Assembly: GCA_973851085.1 (NCBI GenBank)
Contig: OZ316775.1
Location: 3,286,001-3,350,000 of the forward strand
Direction of reading: 5' to 3'
DNA from: Ptychomitrium polyphyllum
Lineage: Eukaryota
Length of the DNA stretch: 64,000 nt
Positions within the stretch are counted from its first letter, which is position 1, and every line of letters begins with the position of its first letter. The notes beneath the pieces were generated by a model. The model was not told the DNA's origin. It did no database searches and saw only the letters and a program-made list of their open reading frames with translations. A program made the translations under genes and the position numbers. Shown here in pieces: positions 37,501-51,700 of this stretch.

Positions 37501-40351
37501 ACCCATTCTTTTAATGGATATCCTAAAAATATGTTGGTGGTTACAGAATTATGTCTGAAGAGTACTCTTTATACTGAATTGACAAGTTTGTTTGATAATT
37601 CTCAGAGGGAGTATGAGGAGTTCAAAGTGCGGGTAAATGCCTTAGTGGCTAAAGCACAGAAGATGCCAGATGAAGGATGGATAATGCAAGATGGAACACC
37701 TTGGCCAGGAAACAACACTCGCGATCATCCTGGAATGATTCAGGTAATTTGCCCATCCCTTAAGCTCTAAATAATTTAAATTGTTAAGGTAAAATTTAAA
37801 CATTTAGATGGCAATCTAACTATTAACATTCTATATTTCCATCTCAGGTGTTCTTGGGGCACAGTGGAGGTCATGACACAGATGGCAATGAGCTGCCCCG
37901 CCTGGTGTATGTATCCAGAGAGAAACGTCCTGGATTCAACCACCACAAGAAAGCCGGTGCTATGAACTCTTTGGTTCGAGTTTCAGCCGTCCTCACAAAT
38001 GCACCTTTTTTTCTCAATCTGGATTGTGACCACTACATCAACAACAGCAAGGCACTTCGGGAGGCCATGTGCTTCTTAATGGACCCCATTGTGGGCAGGA
38101 GGGTCTGTTACGTCCAATTTCCTCAGCGGTTCGATGGCATCGATAGAAACGATAGATACGCCAATCACAACACTGTATTCTTTGACGTAAGTATAACCAC
38201 ATTTTCATAAAGTATCTTAGAACTTGACGAAATACATTTTTTTCTATGTTTCGGTGGTGTTGACCCATCAGTTTCCTTCTTTCTGTTAATTGCAGATTAA
38301 TATGAAGGGTCTAGATGGAGTTCAAGGGCCAGTATACGTGGGTACTGGGACTTGTTTCAGGAGAACCGCTATATATGGTTATGACCCTCCTCCCAAGGAC
38401 TCCAAAAACAAGCCTGGGCAAAGCAAAGGTGTATGTCCCGATTGGTTATGTGGGCCTCGCAAGAAAGGGGTCCAGAAGACCAAGCTTGGCAAAGGTGGGA
38501 AGAAGAAGGCTCAGCCTCCGTCCAGAACAGACTCTACTATTCCTATTTTCAGCCTTGAGGATATCGAAGAAGGCATTGAAGGTACGTACAGTTACCAGGA
38601 TATCCTAGATATCTTTTGTCTTTATGCATCACTTTCCACAATTAATTTGACCCGATCAATGAATCATGGATTATAAATTTGTGTGACTTATCAATTTTCT
38701 ATGGTTGCAGGAATTGACGAGGAGAAGTCGTCGTTGATGTCTATGAAAAACTTCGAGAAGCGATTTGGGCAATCACCAGTATTTGTTGCTAGCACGCTGC
38801 TGGAACATGGCGGTGTACCCCATTCTGCCCAGCCAGGGTCACTCTTGAAGGAAGCCATTCACGTTATCAGTTGTGGATATGAAGATAAAACTGACTGGGG
38901 AAAGGAGGTAAGCTCTAGATTAGTGTTAACCATTTTGACACTCAATTTATCAGTAACTGTAACTTTAAAAAATATCAAAATCGAAAAGTTAACTAATAGG
39001 TAAGCTCTTTCAGAGTGTTAATCCAAGTACATCTCTTTGTGTTGGTATTATGGAGTTGATTGTTTGGTGTCTAACTTGGCAGCCACCTGGTGCAGATTGG
39101 GTGGATCTATGGGTCCGTGACAGAGGATATTCTAACAGGTTTCAAGATGCACTGTCGAGGGTGGCGCTCCATTTACTGCATGCCACACCGTCCAGCATTC
39201 AAGGGCTCAGCCCCCATCAACTTGTCAGATCGGCTCAATCAAGTGCTGCGGTGGGCTCTGGGATCCGTGGAAATCTCCCTCTCTCGCCATTGCCCTCTGT
39301 GGTACGGCTACGGTGGAGGCAAGAACGGTGGTCTCAAGTGCCTGGAAAGACTGGCTTACATCAACACCACCATCTACCCGCTCACCTCCCTGCCTCTGCT
39401 AGCCTACTGCGTCCTCCCTGCCGTCTGTCTGCTCACAGGAAAATTCATCATTCCCACGGTAACATCTCAACCCTCGACACTATCTACGCTTGAAATCTTG
39501 TCATCTTCACCTCTCTTCTCAGAGTAAGCATTGCTGATTGACTACGTAGGGTACATTTCACAAATCGAACTCTTCTTGACTAAGTGGGTACATGAAACTT
39601 TTTCTGATGCTTCGTTTTGACCACATTTGTAGCTCATCAGGAAACATTTTTCTGATTAAACTTGTGGCAAGCTTATCAGAAAATGGTTTCCTGATAGTTC
39701 TTTATGTTACATAGTGGGTGTACTTACAAACCTTTCTTAATGTCTTACATTTTGCCTCTTCTTTTGCAGATTAGCAATCTGGCCAGTTTGTGGTTCATTT
39801 CGCTCTTCATCTCCATTTTCGCAACGGGTATCCTGGAGATGCGGTGGTCCGGAGTAGGCATCGACGAGTGGTGGCGTAACGAGCAGTTTTGGGTGATCGG
39901 AGGCGTTTCAGCGCATCTCTTCGCCCTCTTTCAAGGTTTCCTCAAGGTCTTTGCCGGTATCGACACCAATTTCACCGTCACGTCCAAACAAGCTGAAGAC
40001 GAGGACTTCGCTGAGCTCTACATGATCAAGTGGACTGCGCTACTCATCCCGCCCACCACCCTACTGGTCATCAATCTCATCGGCGTGGTGGCTGGTATTT
40101 CCGACGCCATCAACAACGGGTACCAATCGTGGGGACCACTATTCGGGAAGCTCTTCTTCGCCTTCTGGGTGATTGTGCACTTGTACCCCTTCCTCAAGGG
40201 TCTCATGGGGCGCCAGAACCGCACTCCCACCATCGTCATCGTGTGGTCCATCCTCTTGGCTTCCATCTTCTCCCTGCTCTGGGTCCGCATCGATCCCTTC
40301 CTTGCCAAGGTCAAGGGCCCTGAAACATCACAGTGTGGCATCTACTGCTGA
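34595..40351 (+). CDS. CESA: Cellulose synthase catalytic subunit (GT2 family), copy B; 13 exons, about 1111 aa
   Basis: Exons 34595-34675, 35265-35463, 35627-35832, 36048-36174, 36289-36493, 36727-36993, 37129-37474, 37606-37743, 37848-38186, 38296-38581, 38711-38907, 39096-39458, 39770-40351 (3336 nt, in frame). Zinc finger CQICGDD...CPQC, STVDP, SDDG, DCD, TED and QVLRW are all intact. Confidence 0.97.
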
Positions 40352-41394
40352 TAATCTTTATCTCGGTTCAAATCTAGATATTAAACATACCCCAGGTTTG
40401 GCACCAGCGAACATTAAGATTTAATTCTTTTCTCAAGACCACTGTTAGAATGAGGTTTGTAGAAATTAATAAGGGAGCGAGGGACTGAATTAGTGCTACA
40501 TGCGAGGTTGATCGACTAACCAGCCTGATTAGTTGGTTGTTAGTTGGTCGGTTGTTACGCCTTTTACTAGTTGTTAAATCGTGTCTCTTGATGATGTTCA
40601 GTACCATGGAGTCGTGTTGAGGAGTTCATGCTCAAATGCAGTAGTACCTCTTGTGTAGTAACTGACGTGTACTCTACTGTGCATAAAAATATCCTACTTC
40701 TCGATGAGGAATTTGTCTGAATTAAAGTACGCATCTTTTTTGATTTCTTGATACACTTCCATATTCAAGTTCTAAGTCTTTTGTCCATGTAAATTTGTTT
40801 TAGATAGCTTCTTGACATGAATATAGACTCCTAGTATAGTGCATAGCAAAAATGTTCACGCTCCCTCTTGTGCAGGAATGGCTGATATTGATTCAGAAAT
40901 GGTTACTATTGGATGAAACTTAAATTAATAACATTATAAACTTCACGGCATGGTGCATTTACACTAAATCACTGAGTTTTCGTTTCAAAAGAAAAAGGTA
41001 TTTGAGACTTTTCTTTGTATTTATGAATTTTAACAAGGTCAAGAAAGTCGCCAGAAAAATTACTATTTTACTATCTGGAGAGCCATATTTCGTCGACACA
41101 ATCTCCTCTTCAAGACTGCGCCTTGACTGACCACCCGACATTAATTGCGGACATTAATGAGAAAGCTTCACTCCACTGAGTAGTATACCAGCCACAAGGC
41201 AAAGATTTCTACCTTCGTGGTTATTACGTTCTCACAGTTTCCTTCAGAAACTTTGACAGCATATATGCAGTTCGCTAAATATTCGCTCTGATCGTGCAAT
41301 ATCGAGATCCAGTGTACTGATCGGAAAAAACTCAAGACTAAACCTCTCCACCACAACCGCCAGATCCAAAGTAGTCTCGTCTGCTAGAATTAGC

Positions 41395-41885
41395 GATTGC
41401 TCCAGCTTTGGACACTCACCAACCCGATGACCCAACCCTACACAACACGCTCAACCTTTTACTCTGCAGGACTTGGCAAGCTGATCCTCTGCCTCGACCT
41501 CCTTGGGATCCTCTCAAAAGTTGTCAGCCCTGGAGATGCCCTCTCCTTTGCCCCCTTGATCAAGTGTTTCAAACGCAAGAGAATATTGTCTTCGTCTAGC
41601 TCTTGTTGACAAACAAACTGGCAAGACCAGTTTTCTTGCATCCTCTTGGTCACCCAATCCTGTGAGCATGGTTTTCAAAATCTCGGCAGGCATGTCATAA
41701 TTGTTCATATGCTGTAAATCCGGAAAATCAAGACCCTTGGAAGTAACATCCGTTGCTACGAGTACAGCCTTATTGTCTATCTCAAAGGATTAAATTGCAT
41801 GCTCTCGCTCTTCCCGGTCCTTGCCTCCATGAACTGTGACAGCTTCAACATCGTTCCGGAACAAATCCTCGTGAACGACATTCAT
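41395..41885 (-). pseudogene. RH35: Decayed C-terminal fragment of a DEAD-box RNA helicase of the DDX41/Abstrakt (plant RH35) type
   Basis: Minus-strand translation: VEAVTVHGGKDREEREHAI*...[37 protein letters not shown]...[12 protein letters not shown]...[11 protein letters not shown]...VKG*ACCVGLGHRVGECPKLE. This matches helicase motifs V and VI and the C-terminal zinc knuckle of DDX41/RH35, with stops and frameshifts and no N-terminal DEAD domain. Confidence 0.88.
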
Positions 41886-42731
41886 AGAAGCTCATAATCA
41901 AAATATTGGAATACCTAACTAAAAACTTATAATCAAATTATTGTAATAAAAACTTCTTTAACCATTTACAATGTTTCAAAACTTTTGATCTAACTTCACA
42001 ACCTTTATAATTAAAGTAGAAGATGCAAGCTTTGAAATTTTTGCTTCTTTTTATCTCTACAAGGTCATCCAGTTCCTATAAATTTCATGCTATGTCAAAT
42101 ATTTCATAAATAACCACATTGGAATGCCTTAACACCAATACCAACTCCAATGCCTTAACACCCTATTTTCCTTAGTTCTTAAATCCTTAATTTCTTTTTA
42201 TTCCTCTGACTGTTAGGAAATAATCAAAATAAGTGACAATGAAGTTAATACCATTCGACTACTTGGCAAGGCACCACCACATGATTCAATAAGAAATTAC
42301 CACTATCAATCTACTTAATTTTCTTCTAATATCTCATCTACTATAGCCTACTATCACCTAATCCTTCATCTACTCCTATTTAAACTCTCAATTACTCCTA
42401 CCTAATTCCTTTTAATATTATTTTCCTATTATACATAAATAAAAATGACACTAAAATAACATCAATTTATTTGCATACTTAAAATGAAAATAAAACACAC
42501 AATTGCTTACAATTTAAGCACTAAGTAATTCACATAATAAGAATGTTGTGTTCAATGCCTAGTATGAGGGTTTAGAATGTCAACGGCACAGGAATACACT
42601 TCCTACTCAATAATGGATAGCTCCAAAACTGCATAATTAGTGCCAGTTTGTAAAAATTTGCTCCAAAATTCTAACATACAGCCCTAATGTCTTGAACACT
42701 ATTCAGTACTCGATTTATTTGAAAAACTATT

Positions 42732-42779
42732 TGTATGATGTTTAAGAAAAAATTTAATGTATGATGTTTAAGAAAAAAA
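42732..42779. repeat. Two-copy tandem repeat of about 26 bp
   Basis: tgtatgatgtttaagaaaaaa occurs twice in succession. Confidence 0.7.
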
Positions 42780-45746
42780 CTTTTACAAAGTAAAAACAAG
42801 TGCAGCCTACAGTTTAGTTGATTTTCAGTGTACCTACCAGACTTAAGCGTTGGGCGGCCATGAACAAGTGGTACTTACTAGGAAGCTGTATTTAACAGTA
42901 CATTGGAGTTGCCTTCACCAGGTTGGATTGGGAAACAAACACCAAGGTCAATTCCTCATGCACGATAGGCCTGCAAAGCAAATCCTAGAGGCTTAAGTTC
43001 CAATCGAACATGCAAGGAGTTGTCTGACGAAGTCTTTCTGTGAGGTCTGAAAAGAAACCGGAGATCTAGTAGTTCTTTGCGAAGTGCCTCCGAAACCTCT
43101 TTTGTGGCGTCCACCGAGCCTCAGGTACTAGCCAAACATGCAATGGCTAGGGTCGAATGATTCGGTGGTTATCACTGCAGATAGTAATGTACAGTATAAT
43201 CCCTTCCACGCCTCTGATGATGACTATACTTGATGTCCCAATGGATGCTCAACGTGATCAACGTGGTGGAGATCGAGTGCAGACCAACTCGTCTCTTCTG
43301 TACATGCCTTCGAATCCTCTGAAACGTCTACAAGGAACTTTTAGTCCCTCAAATGTATTAACGTTTACATGAAATAGTTATGTATCTTCAAAACACAGTA
43401 CTATTTGCTCGAATCGTTGTCATCTCTTGCGCATTTTCAACATTCAAAGCGCGAGCCACCTTCGATGATATTTGCAAGCTGAAACTAAGATTCTCCCACT
43501 TCTTACAGAACTTCCCTAGTTACGTGACTAATGAATAAACCTCCAGCATACTGTACCCTTAGTTCTATCAATAATGAATATGGTCTTATTAGTTCTTATT
43601 GCATGTTACACTTTCCCTGGAAATTGCTCCCGCAATCTCTACACTTGCAAATTATCGTTGTTGAAGTTTGGTCTGAGAATCACAGGCTAAATGCAACTTA
43701 TCGTTGACATACCTTCGTGCTACCTGTACTACTCTTTGTCGCTAGAGCACAATTCCGGTCTTTGTCTGACACCAGAGAGTCCCTCACATCATTCAAAACA
43801 TTCTCCATGCCTTGTTTCGCGGTCTTTAGCACAGATCTCCTGTCCAACATCCAGACGTCGTGGTCGTGATGTTACCATTAATAACGGGATCGTAAGTTGC
43901 AGGACTTTTCCAGATTCATGTGGACTATAGCACACATTTCCGAGACAGAGCGTTCCAATAAACTGGAACAGTATATTCTCGTTAACCACAGTTTAATGAC
44001 CCTACCACCTTGTGGACAGCACTCGCACTTCACCAATTGATGCTCTAGGGGCAACATAGCCATGTATATTGTGGTTTTTCCCGGATGCCTTGCAGAGATG
44101 CTTATCCAATGCTTATTGTAGAGAATACAAACTATGCCGATGCACAAGGCGAGAAGGAAAACTATCAACTTATAGAAATATCGTCACAGTTTCTCATGTT
44201 TCAAAGAAATCTACAAAGCTAGTACGCACTTTTGAAACGGAGACCTGACAAATTTATGCTGTCAGTTGTCCCTCCAGTTCAAACGTCCGCATAGTGACTT
44301 TCAGCCCATGAAAGTTGGACTTGGCTTATGCAGAAGCTCATTAAACTGCAGAAAGGGAAGGCGGTAGACCTCACATTGTTTTACACAATTCAAACGCAAT
44401 CAAATAGATCTGATACAAAGAATCTGCTGAAATGTAACAGAGACATAATCTCAATAGAAAAAGTAAATTGCAAGAACCAAAGTGGAATGACTACGAAGAT
44501 TTCAGATCATTATTTTTTTAACGACATCAATGTGCATATATTAAATAAGAGCACAAACACAGCCACATCTGCAAATTGAATTTGCAGGTACAAACAATTC
44601 AAAAACTTCAAAACAGCTCTAGACTTTGTTCATAGCAAACCTGAGCTCCATAACTATGTAACATTCTTTAGCCTCCTGAGGCACACCCTTCAAAAGATAT
44701 TGGGATTTAATGTCTCCACACTTTTGAAAAATATTCTCTTGGATTACATTGGATTCTAATATCTTGTGCTGGAGCTAAAGAATATTATATAACACAAGTT
44801 TTCATAGTTGCTCTTCAATCCTATAATGTGTAGCATCTACTACAAAAAAACTGAATCACAAACAAACCATATCTTAATTTTATTATGACAATGGAGGATT
44901 TCAAAGCTAGCTTGTCATTGACATACCCTGTGAGACTTAATTACAAGACTGAGTAATATAGGTCCAATGGTAATTGAAACTCCAACTTGATATCTTATGA
45001 ACTGAAAAAGCTCCCCACACCAATGTGCTCCCTGAGGTAGAGTAGATACGAAGGTGTTTTCTGTCCCATTATGGCCTCCATATTCGATTGCCCCTTCCTA
45101 AATAAACATAAAAAGGAGGACTACCATGATATCTCAACCATTACTGCCGCCTTGAATGCCACCAACGTCGAACTCCTTAAATTTCAATCACACAACATAG
45201 AGATTTAGAAGCACATTCACCTAGTCTTGAAGAAAATACCAAATGTTAACAAGAATATCAGATGTGAGCCCTAGATGCCCTTCAAATTCCATTTTCAAAA
45301 TTCAACGGACATGCTTAATTGTGATGTCGTAATAAAAATTGTAAAACGAATTCAATCTTCAAATAATTATACTATTTCAGCAAAGACCGACATGTTTAAG
45401 ATTTCATGTGACAGCAGAAAAACTGTGTATACAGGTTCCACGTGTAGCTCATTATTTATTACTCATGTTAAAACACTTTTAAGCTTCAGTTCCGGTTTCG
45501 AGGTTCATATAACTGCCCATGCATAGGCATTAAAAGACAACACACACTCAACGATTCTCATATTTATATAATGAAAATCGTGATTCGTTTGATCATTCCC
45601 AATATATTCGTGAATTGACTGTCATTCCCTTAAATGTCCGTTATTATTCTAAAGACTACCTAGAATAAATCCAACTTATTAGACCATTCCACAAATTAGG
45701 CCTATTGACATATTCTTTCCAGAGACATCATTTCAGGTTCCTTAAA

Positions 45747-48700
45747 CTACTTCGATGTCTTGTTAAAAGGCCAAAAGTTAACAAGTCGCTCCAGAACTCC
45801 TCCACCTTTCATAAATAAGCCAGAGAATCCCTGAGGAGTGCTGGCTGGAGGAAAGTCTTCCGCAGGCATAGCAAATGGCCGCACTAACTTCTCCAAACGA
45901 TCCAATGTTACGTAGCTACCCTCTTCCTGCAAAGTCTCTGGAGGTAACACAGGTAAGGTGTGATCCCGGTTACGAGGAGTTGCCTGCAGCCACATAATTC
46001 CAACCAAAGGTCTGAGGTCAAAACACGTTCTCGTTGCTTAACAAGTATCACATAGTTTGACGGAGTATCGTCGTAAGAAAATGGAAAGGAATGTGGTTTT
46101 CATAAAATCGCAACTAGCATCACCTCTTCTAGTAATTTCATACTCTAGTAACTCACACTGACTAATATAACTAAAATCGGTGCAGTATTAAAGTGGCTAA
46201 TAGATCAAGAAATTTCCAATAGCACCCAACCACAAACTGCACGATTAAAATAAGATTACTCACCTCTAGAGGACTCAAAGCTGCTCCACTGCTAAACATT
46301 AATTCGATCCTGAACCTTCGTGAATCTTCCAAAGGTACCTATTAATAAACCAAAAACTTCAGATACCTTATCCGGATCGGAAGTAACCAGGTCCATTTGT
46401 TATGATGTATTCAACAGCAATGAAGTCGTCTGAAAATAGCTTGCTGCACTTTGCAGGTAGAATCCAATAAGACCGAATAACTAAGGTAGATACAAAGATT
46501 GCAATATAAAATAATACTTACTGCTGTGTTCTCGTACATCCGTAACACAATATGGGTCAAGTAGTCAAGCTCTTTAGTTTCAAAGATACGCTGCAAACCT
46601 TCATTAGCAACCAGACCAGGTTCTCCTTTCAGAGAATCATCTAATTGGCAATAACGAATGACATTGATCAACGAATGAATGTGGGATTCCTGAATACCAT
46701 CCAAATTAAATGTCAGTAAATTTAGATATTCACCAATATGAAACCACATTATCTCAACCATCGAAATTCACTCAAAGAAACTCTTTGAAGTAGGAGTTCT
46801 GTCACTACTTCACAAGGGAGGTAACTTACTGACGTGAAGTATAACCTAGTCCGGACATGCCTCTCAGGTGTCCTAACATTAGCATACCTGTTCAAGAACG
46901 ACCACATTCACCATGGTTAGCACAAATAACTATTTCGCACGTCAACCAAAAGAATCGCACTCAGTATTCACGTTACATTTTTCAGAAACCCCAAAGATGA
47001 CATATGAGGGAAGTAGCTCTCTTACTTAGGGTCCAAACGATACTGGGTTTCTTTATCGTCATCGTCGTCCGTCTCATAAGATTTGTCTGTTGAGCAAGTT
47101 TGTCTCGAGCTGTCAACAGCTACCCTAACTTTACCACTGATCCGGTTGCCCTCCTCAAGGTGCTTACGAACTTTACCTGGGATTTGCTTTTGCTTCAACT
47201 CGGCTACACTAATGGCCTCTTCCCGAGTGTTTCGAAGATCAATTAGTATCTTTCCTAGAAGCCGGCGTGCAATCTGTCATAAAGGGTGGACATTAGTACC
47301 TCTCTTTTACAGCATGTGGCGCGGAGAAAAATTTCAAGTAAGCCGCATAGACTAATGAGCACATCTTTATTACACATTGTGCCCCGTTAAGGTGCACAAG
47401 GAATTTGTTGAGTCATGCCAGTAGCCCAACTGCGACACGGGTACCTTGGAGCAAAACAGTGGAACCCTGTGCATAATTACCTAGAAATATCAAACCTACG
47501 TGACTTATACAAGAGAGGTGGGGCAAAAGGTACGAAAGGTTATATACGTACCTTGGCTCCTATGATCAGTTTGTGTTCAGGATTGATTCCATATTCATTC
47601 GGGATAACCCCATCCGCAAGCCTCTGAAATAAGAATAACGAACAACATGTTACTACAACCTTACAATATATTACTTGCAAGTGAAAAAGAAACCTATGTG
47701 CTGACATGTTACAACTAAAGTTACAAAAGAAGCTGTACCTTTGCCACTCTGTAGAGTTCGTCGAGACCCTGAAGTTGTAGATGTGCATTATGCAGAAGAT
47801 CGTACCTGGAAACGAGATAAATCAAACGGCAGAAAAATAACTAAAGTTGCCTTGAATTTTGAATCTTCATCAGTTTAAAAAATGATTTATTTTCACCTTT
47901 CTCTGGCTTCACGGATATAAAAACTCAAACATGTAATTTCCAAAGCTATAGAAAGGTGAAAATAAAGCATCGAATAATAGACAACTAGCATCACAGCTGT
48001 AAATGAGGAAGAAACTTTCAGAACATAACGACAGCCCAATGTAATTCAAAGCCCAAATAAAGAACAGAAAGTGAAGTTGGGACAAACGCTTACTTGGCAG
48101 AATCATAAATATCAGGAACTTTGCTTATATCGTATCGACTGCACTCATCAATCCCAAAGCCGTTAGTTCTAACCAATCGCAAGCCTTACCCAGCTTATAA
48201 GCGGGAATATTGACCTCAAATAAAACTGCAGAATCTTTCTTTAAACTTTGCATGTAAGCACCTTGAGGAGGGTAACCGAAATTTTACTGTTGTTTTCAAA
48301 AAATTCGGTTACCCTTACAATTGTCTGACAAATGAAAACACAGTAGTACAAAAGTCTCCCGACTCTATGCATTTTTACATGTGATTTGTTTTATATTTTG
48401 TTTAGGACCTCTCTACATAAACTTCAAGGAACTTACTCTTTGCGTTCATTAAAGATGTCCCGTTCTAACTTCTTCCACCGAGCAAACATGAGAAGAAATC
48501 CCTCACTACCACATGGTAGTCCAGCAGCGATTCGGTCAACATCCATATTGGTCTTTCCTAAAGCGCGGGCTTGGTCATAAGGTGGAAGCTCCTCATCAAG
48601 TGTGGTTGAAGCGAGGCGCTCCTCTTCAGCTTTACAGAGGACTTTCACCTGAGCTGTGACTCTTTTTGTGAGTTCAACCTGAAAATATAAAGCCGTAAAT

Positions 48701-51700
48701 TAGTTTTGTGCTGCATGAACTAAACACGCAATGTGCTATTAAACGAATGTCCCTGATAGCTAAAACAAACATGAAGTAAAATCTTCTGATTTCAATACGT
48801 CTTTGCGATAAGAATGAAACGCAGCTTCTAAATCATAATTCTTTATGAGTATTACATCGCGACAATAAACCTTCAACCAAACGCAACAAGAATAGCAGCA
48901 ACGTCATACTCTAAGACCTAACTATAGAAATACTCGAATTAGATAAAACCACTCAGTAGAAAAACACAGAAAGTGATAGCAGGAGCAATAGTGAGAGATC
49001 GAACCAGCTTCTTCATCAGTTCTAAAGAGTTATCAGGCATGCCTCCTCCGTCGACCATCCACGGCTGGTCAGGTTTTGAGGAAAAAGGGGGTGGCTGCTC
49101 TACGGATGATGTCATAACCTCGTACAACTTCGCCTGAAAGATGATCAAATACGCATGTAAACTCAAGAAAGGTCATTCAACGAGTGTTAAGTAAAAAATA
49201 GATTCTAAATGTCACTCAACATCCATGTTCCAAAGATGATGCAACAATACCTTTGCTTCCTCCATTTCAATACTAGCAGTATCCAGACCGTCAAGCATAG
49301 GAGAATCTTTACTGACGAGAGAAACCTGCAGGCCAAGTGTTGATTAGAAGTGCCAAGCATACGAACTACCCTAGTTATATAGCAATCGATATATCAGAGC
49401 TGCTGTAGCAATCAAACAAGAATTATAACCAATTCATTCGGCTACAAAAGCATATGGCTCTTCAAGCCAATTTGAAGATAGCTCACCAATATGGGAGTCA
49501 GCTGGCCTTCCAGATCAAGCAAGCCTTTCGCAAACGCAGCAGCTGACATCTGCAGCAAGTAAAAGTCTACTTCCCGTAAATAACAACGTTCTTCGAAATA
49601 CAACTCTAAATGTCTGATCAAGGGCGCAAACAAAAATTTAACTGAGTGGATCAAATTTCGAACAAGAGATAGGAGAAGAACTAAAAAACCCGTTCCCAGA
49701 TTTTCTCAGATAATACGCTAACTATAATAACACCTGAAACTAATGCATTCGAAAAGTTCCTAATATTCTACGACAGTGAGAAGGTCGACATCCTTTAAAA
49801 AATTTAGGAGAAACAACCTGCACCCGGCCCTCGTCGGAACTGTAGATTTTCAAGTCATGCCGATAAGTACTGTGGAGTCTCAGCAAACCTGTTCCCTCTC
49901 CTGTTATCCAACTTCGGCTCAATCAAAATGTGCTTCTAAGATCTACAAAGGAGAACTTCGGAAATCTACCTAAGGTGTGAATCTGTCAAACTTACTTTCC
50001 AGTCTAACTCACATGTCCAACATGAATATATGTCCCCTTTATTTCTAGCAGCTCAAGCAATGATGATTACCTGGATACATAAAATTCCTGAAAGATCGCC
50101 CCAATTCTTCGGCCTGCAATCACAAAAGTCCTTTCAGTACCTTCAAGACTTAAAAAAGCAACCTTTCAGCTAAAACTGGAGCTAATAAATCCGGGAATGT
50201 ATATGGGCACCAATGAGCAATCACTGTTAAATCACGATTCATCTCGTACTCACTTCAATGCTTTGAAAACATCTGCCACCCTCTTAAACTTTACAATTTG
50301 ACGTGTTTATTCGTGAATGAACTACTGAAGAATACACAAAGTGGTCGGTAAGAACCTGCTTTCGGCCAGCATGCGTGAGAACACCTCCATACTTCAGCAC
50401 CATCAATGCCTCTATTGGGCGTTCTTCTTCAACTTCGTCCTCCTCCTTCGGAACCTTCGTCCATTTTTGAGGTTTTAGCTGCACTTTCCGATAAATTCCG
50501 GAGAAGTGACCACCCTGCACGAGATTGCAATAAGCGTTATATTGCGTCAAAGTCAACAGTCAAACGGCACACTACAATTTCATCGAGCACAAACTTAGAC
50601 GAAAGCAGCAGTTCACCTCCTCAAGCACGGCTTTCACATGGCGTAATTTCTCGGCATGCTCCCAGTCTTCTGCTTCACTGTCGCTGCTCTCTTTGCCTGA
50701 TCTGAGAACATTTTCCAAAGGATAGAAAGATATATCAGCATCTGCATCGGAAAGTATCTAGCAAGCAAGAAAACGAGTGCCAAAAATGAATGCAAAGTCC
50801 CAGTCAACATTTGATTATATAAGGTGCACAAACCTAGCACGAGGGACGAGCATACGAGTTGCATCGAGAAGATCTTGCAGCTGTACTGCGCTCTTCAATT
50901 TAGCCTGTAGTAGCATGCAACTAATACAGTCAACTTGATGTCCATAATGTCAAAGCTGTAATACAAGTTGTTCTCGGAAGGTAAAAGCAGCCTAACTGCT
51001 AGCATATATAACGACAAAATATGCAAGAGCAGAAAAGTTAAATCAAGGTCATGTGTATGCGGAGACAAGAGAAAAGGAAGGATTTCGAAGAAAGAATTCT
51101 ACCTCCGATCGAGGTCTCCCACCATTGTATTTCAGCATAAGATTCAGCAGCCTATCCTGTGTAACTTTCATCTTGACTTTTTGCTTCGGTGTTCTGTCAC
51201 CACTATAATACAAACAAAATCCTTATCAAGACTAAATCAGATTAAAAATGCATTAAGAGCAAGTACAAAGCAGAATACCAAACCCTTATGCAAAAGGAGA
51301 AAGAGAGCGAACAAATCTCATTGATTGCCGACATTACAGTCATATACGTGCTTTTTCAGTAGCAAACATTTCAACCGTAATACATTTGAAAATGTTAAAA
51401 GCCAGTGATTGTTTGGGGGAGATAAGAGACTGGAGACAAACAGATACTAAGAAAAGAAGGAGGTCATAAAGATTTGGGATCTTACTGGCGTAATATAGCA
51501 ATGACACATCGGAGTTCTTCGGATTGACCAAAAGTCCCGGTAAGCGCAGCGCTTTCCTGCCTTGAGATGCCATTATTATCTTCTGGCTCAAGAGGTTGCT
51601 CACATCTGCTCCATGGTAAACATGAGAGCTTCACGTTGAGATGTGGTGCTCTTACTTCCAAAAACGTAGTTCTGAGAACACAAGCTGCATCATCATAATA

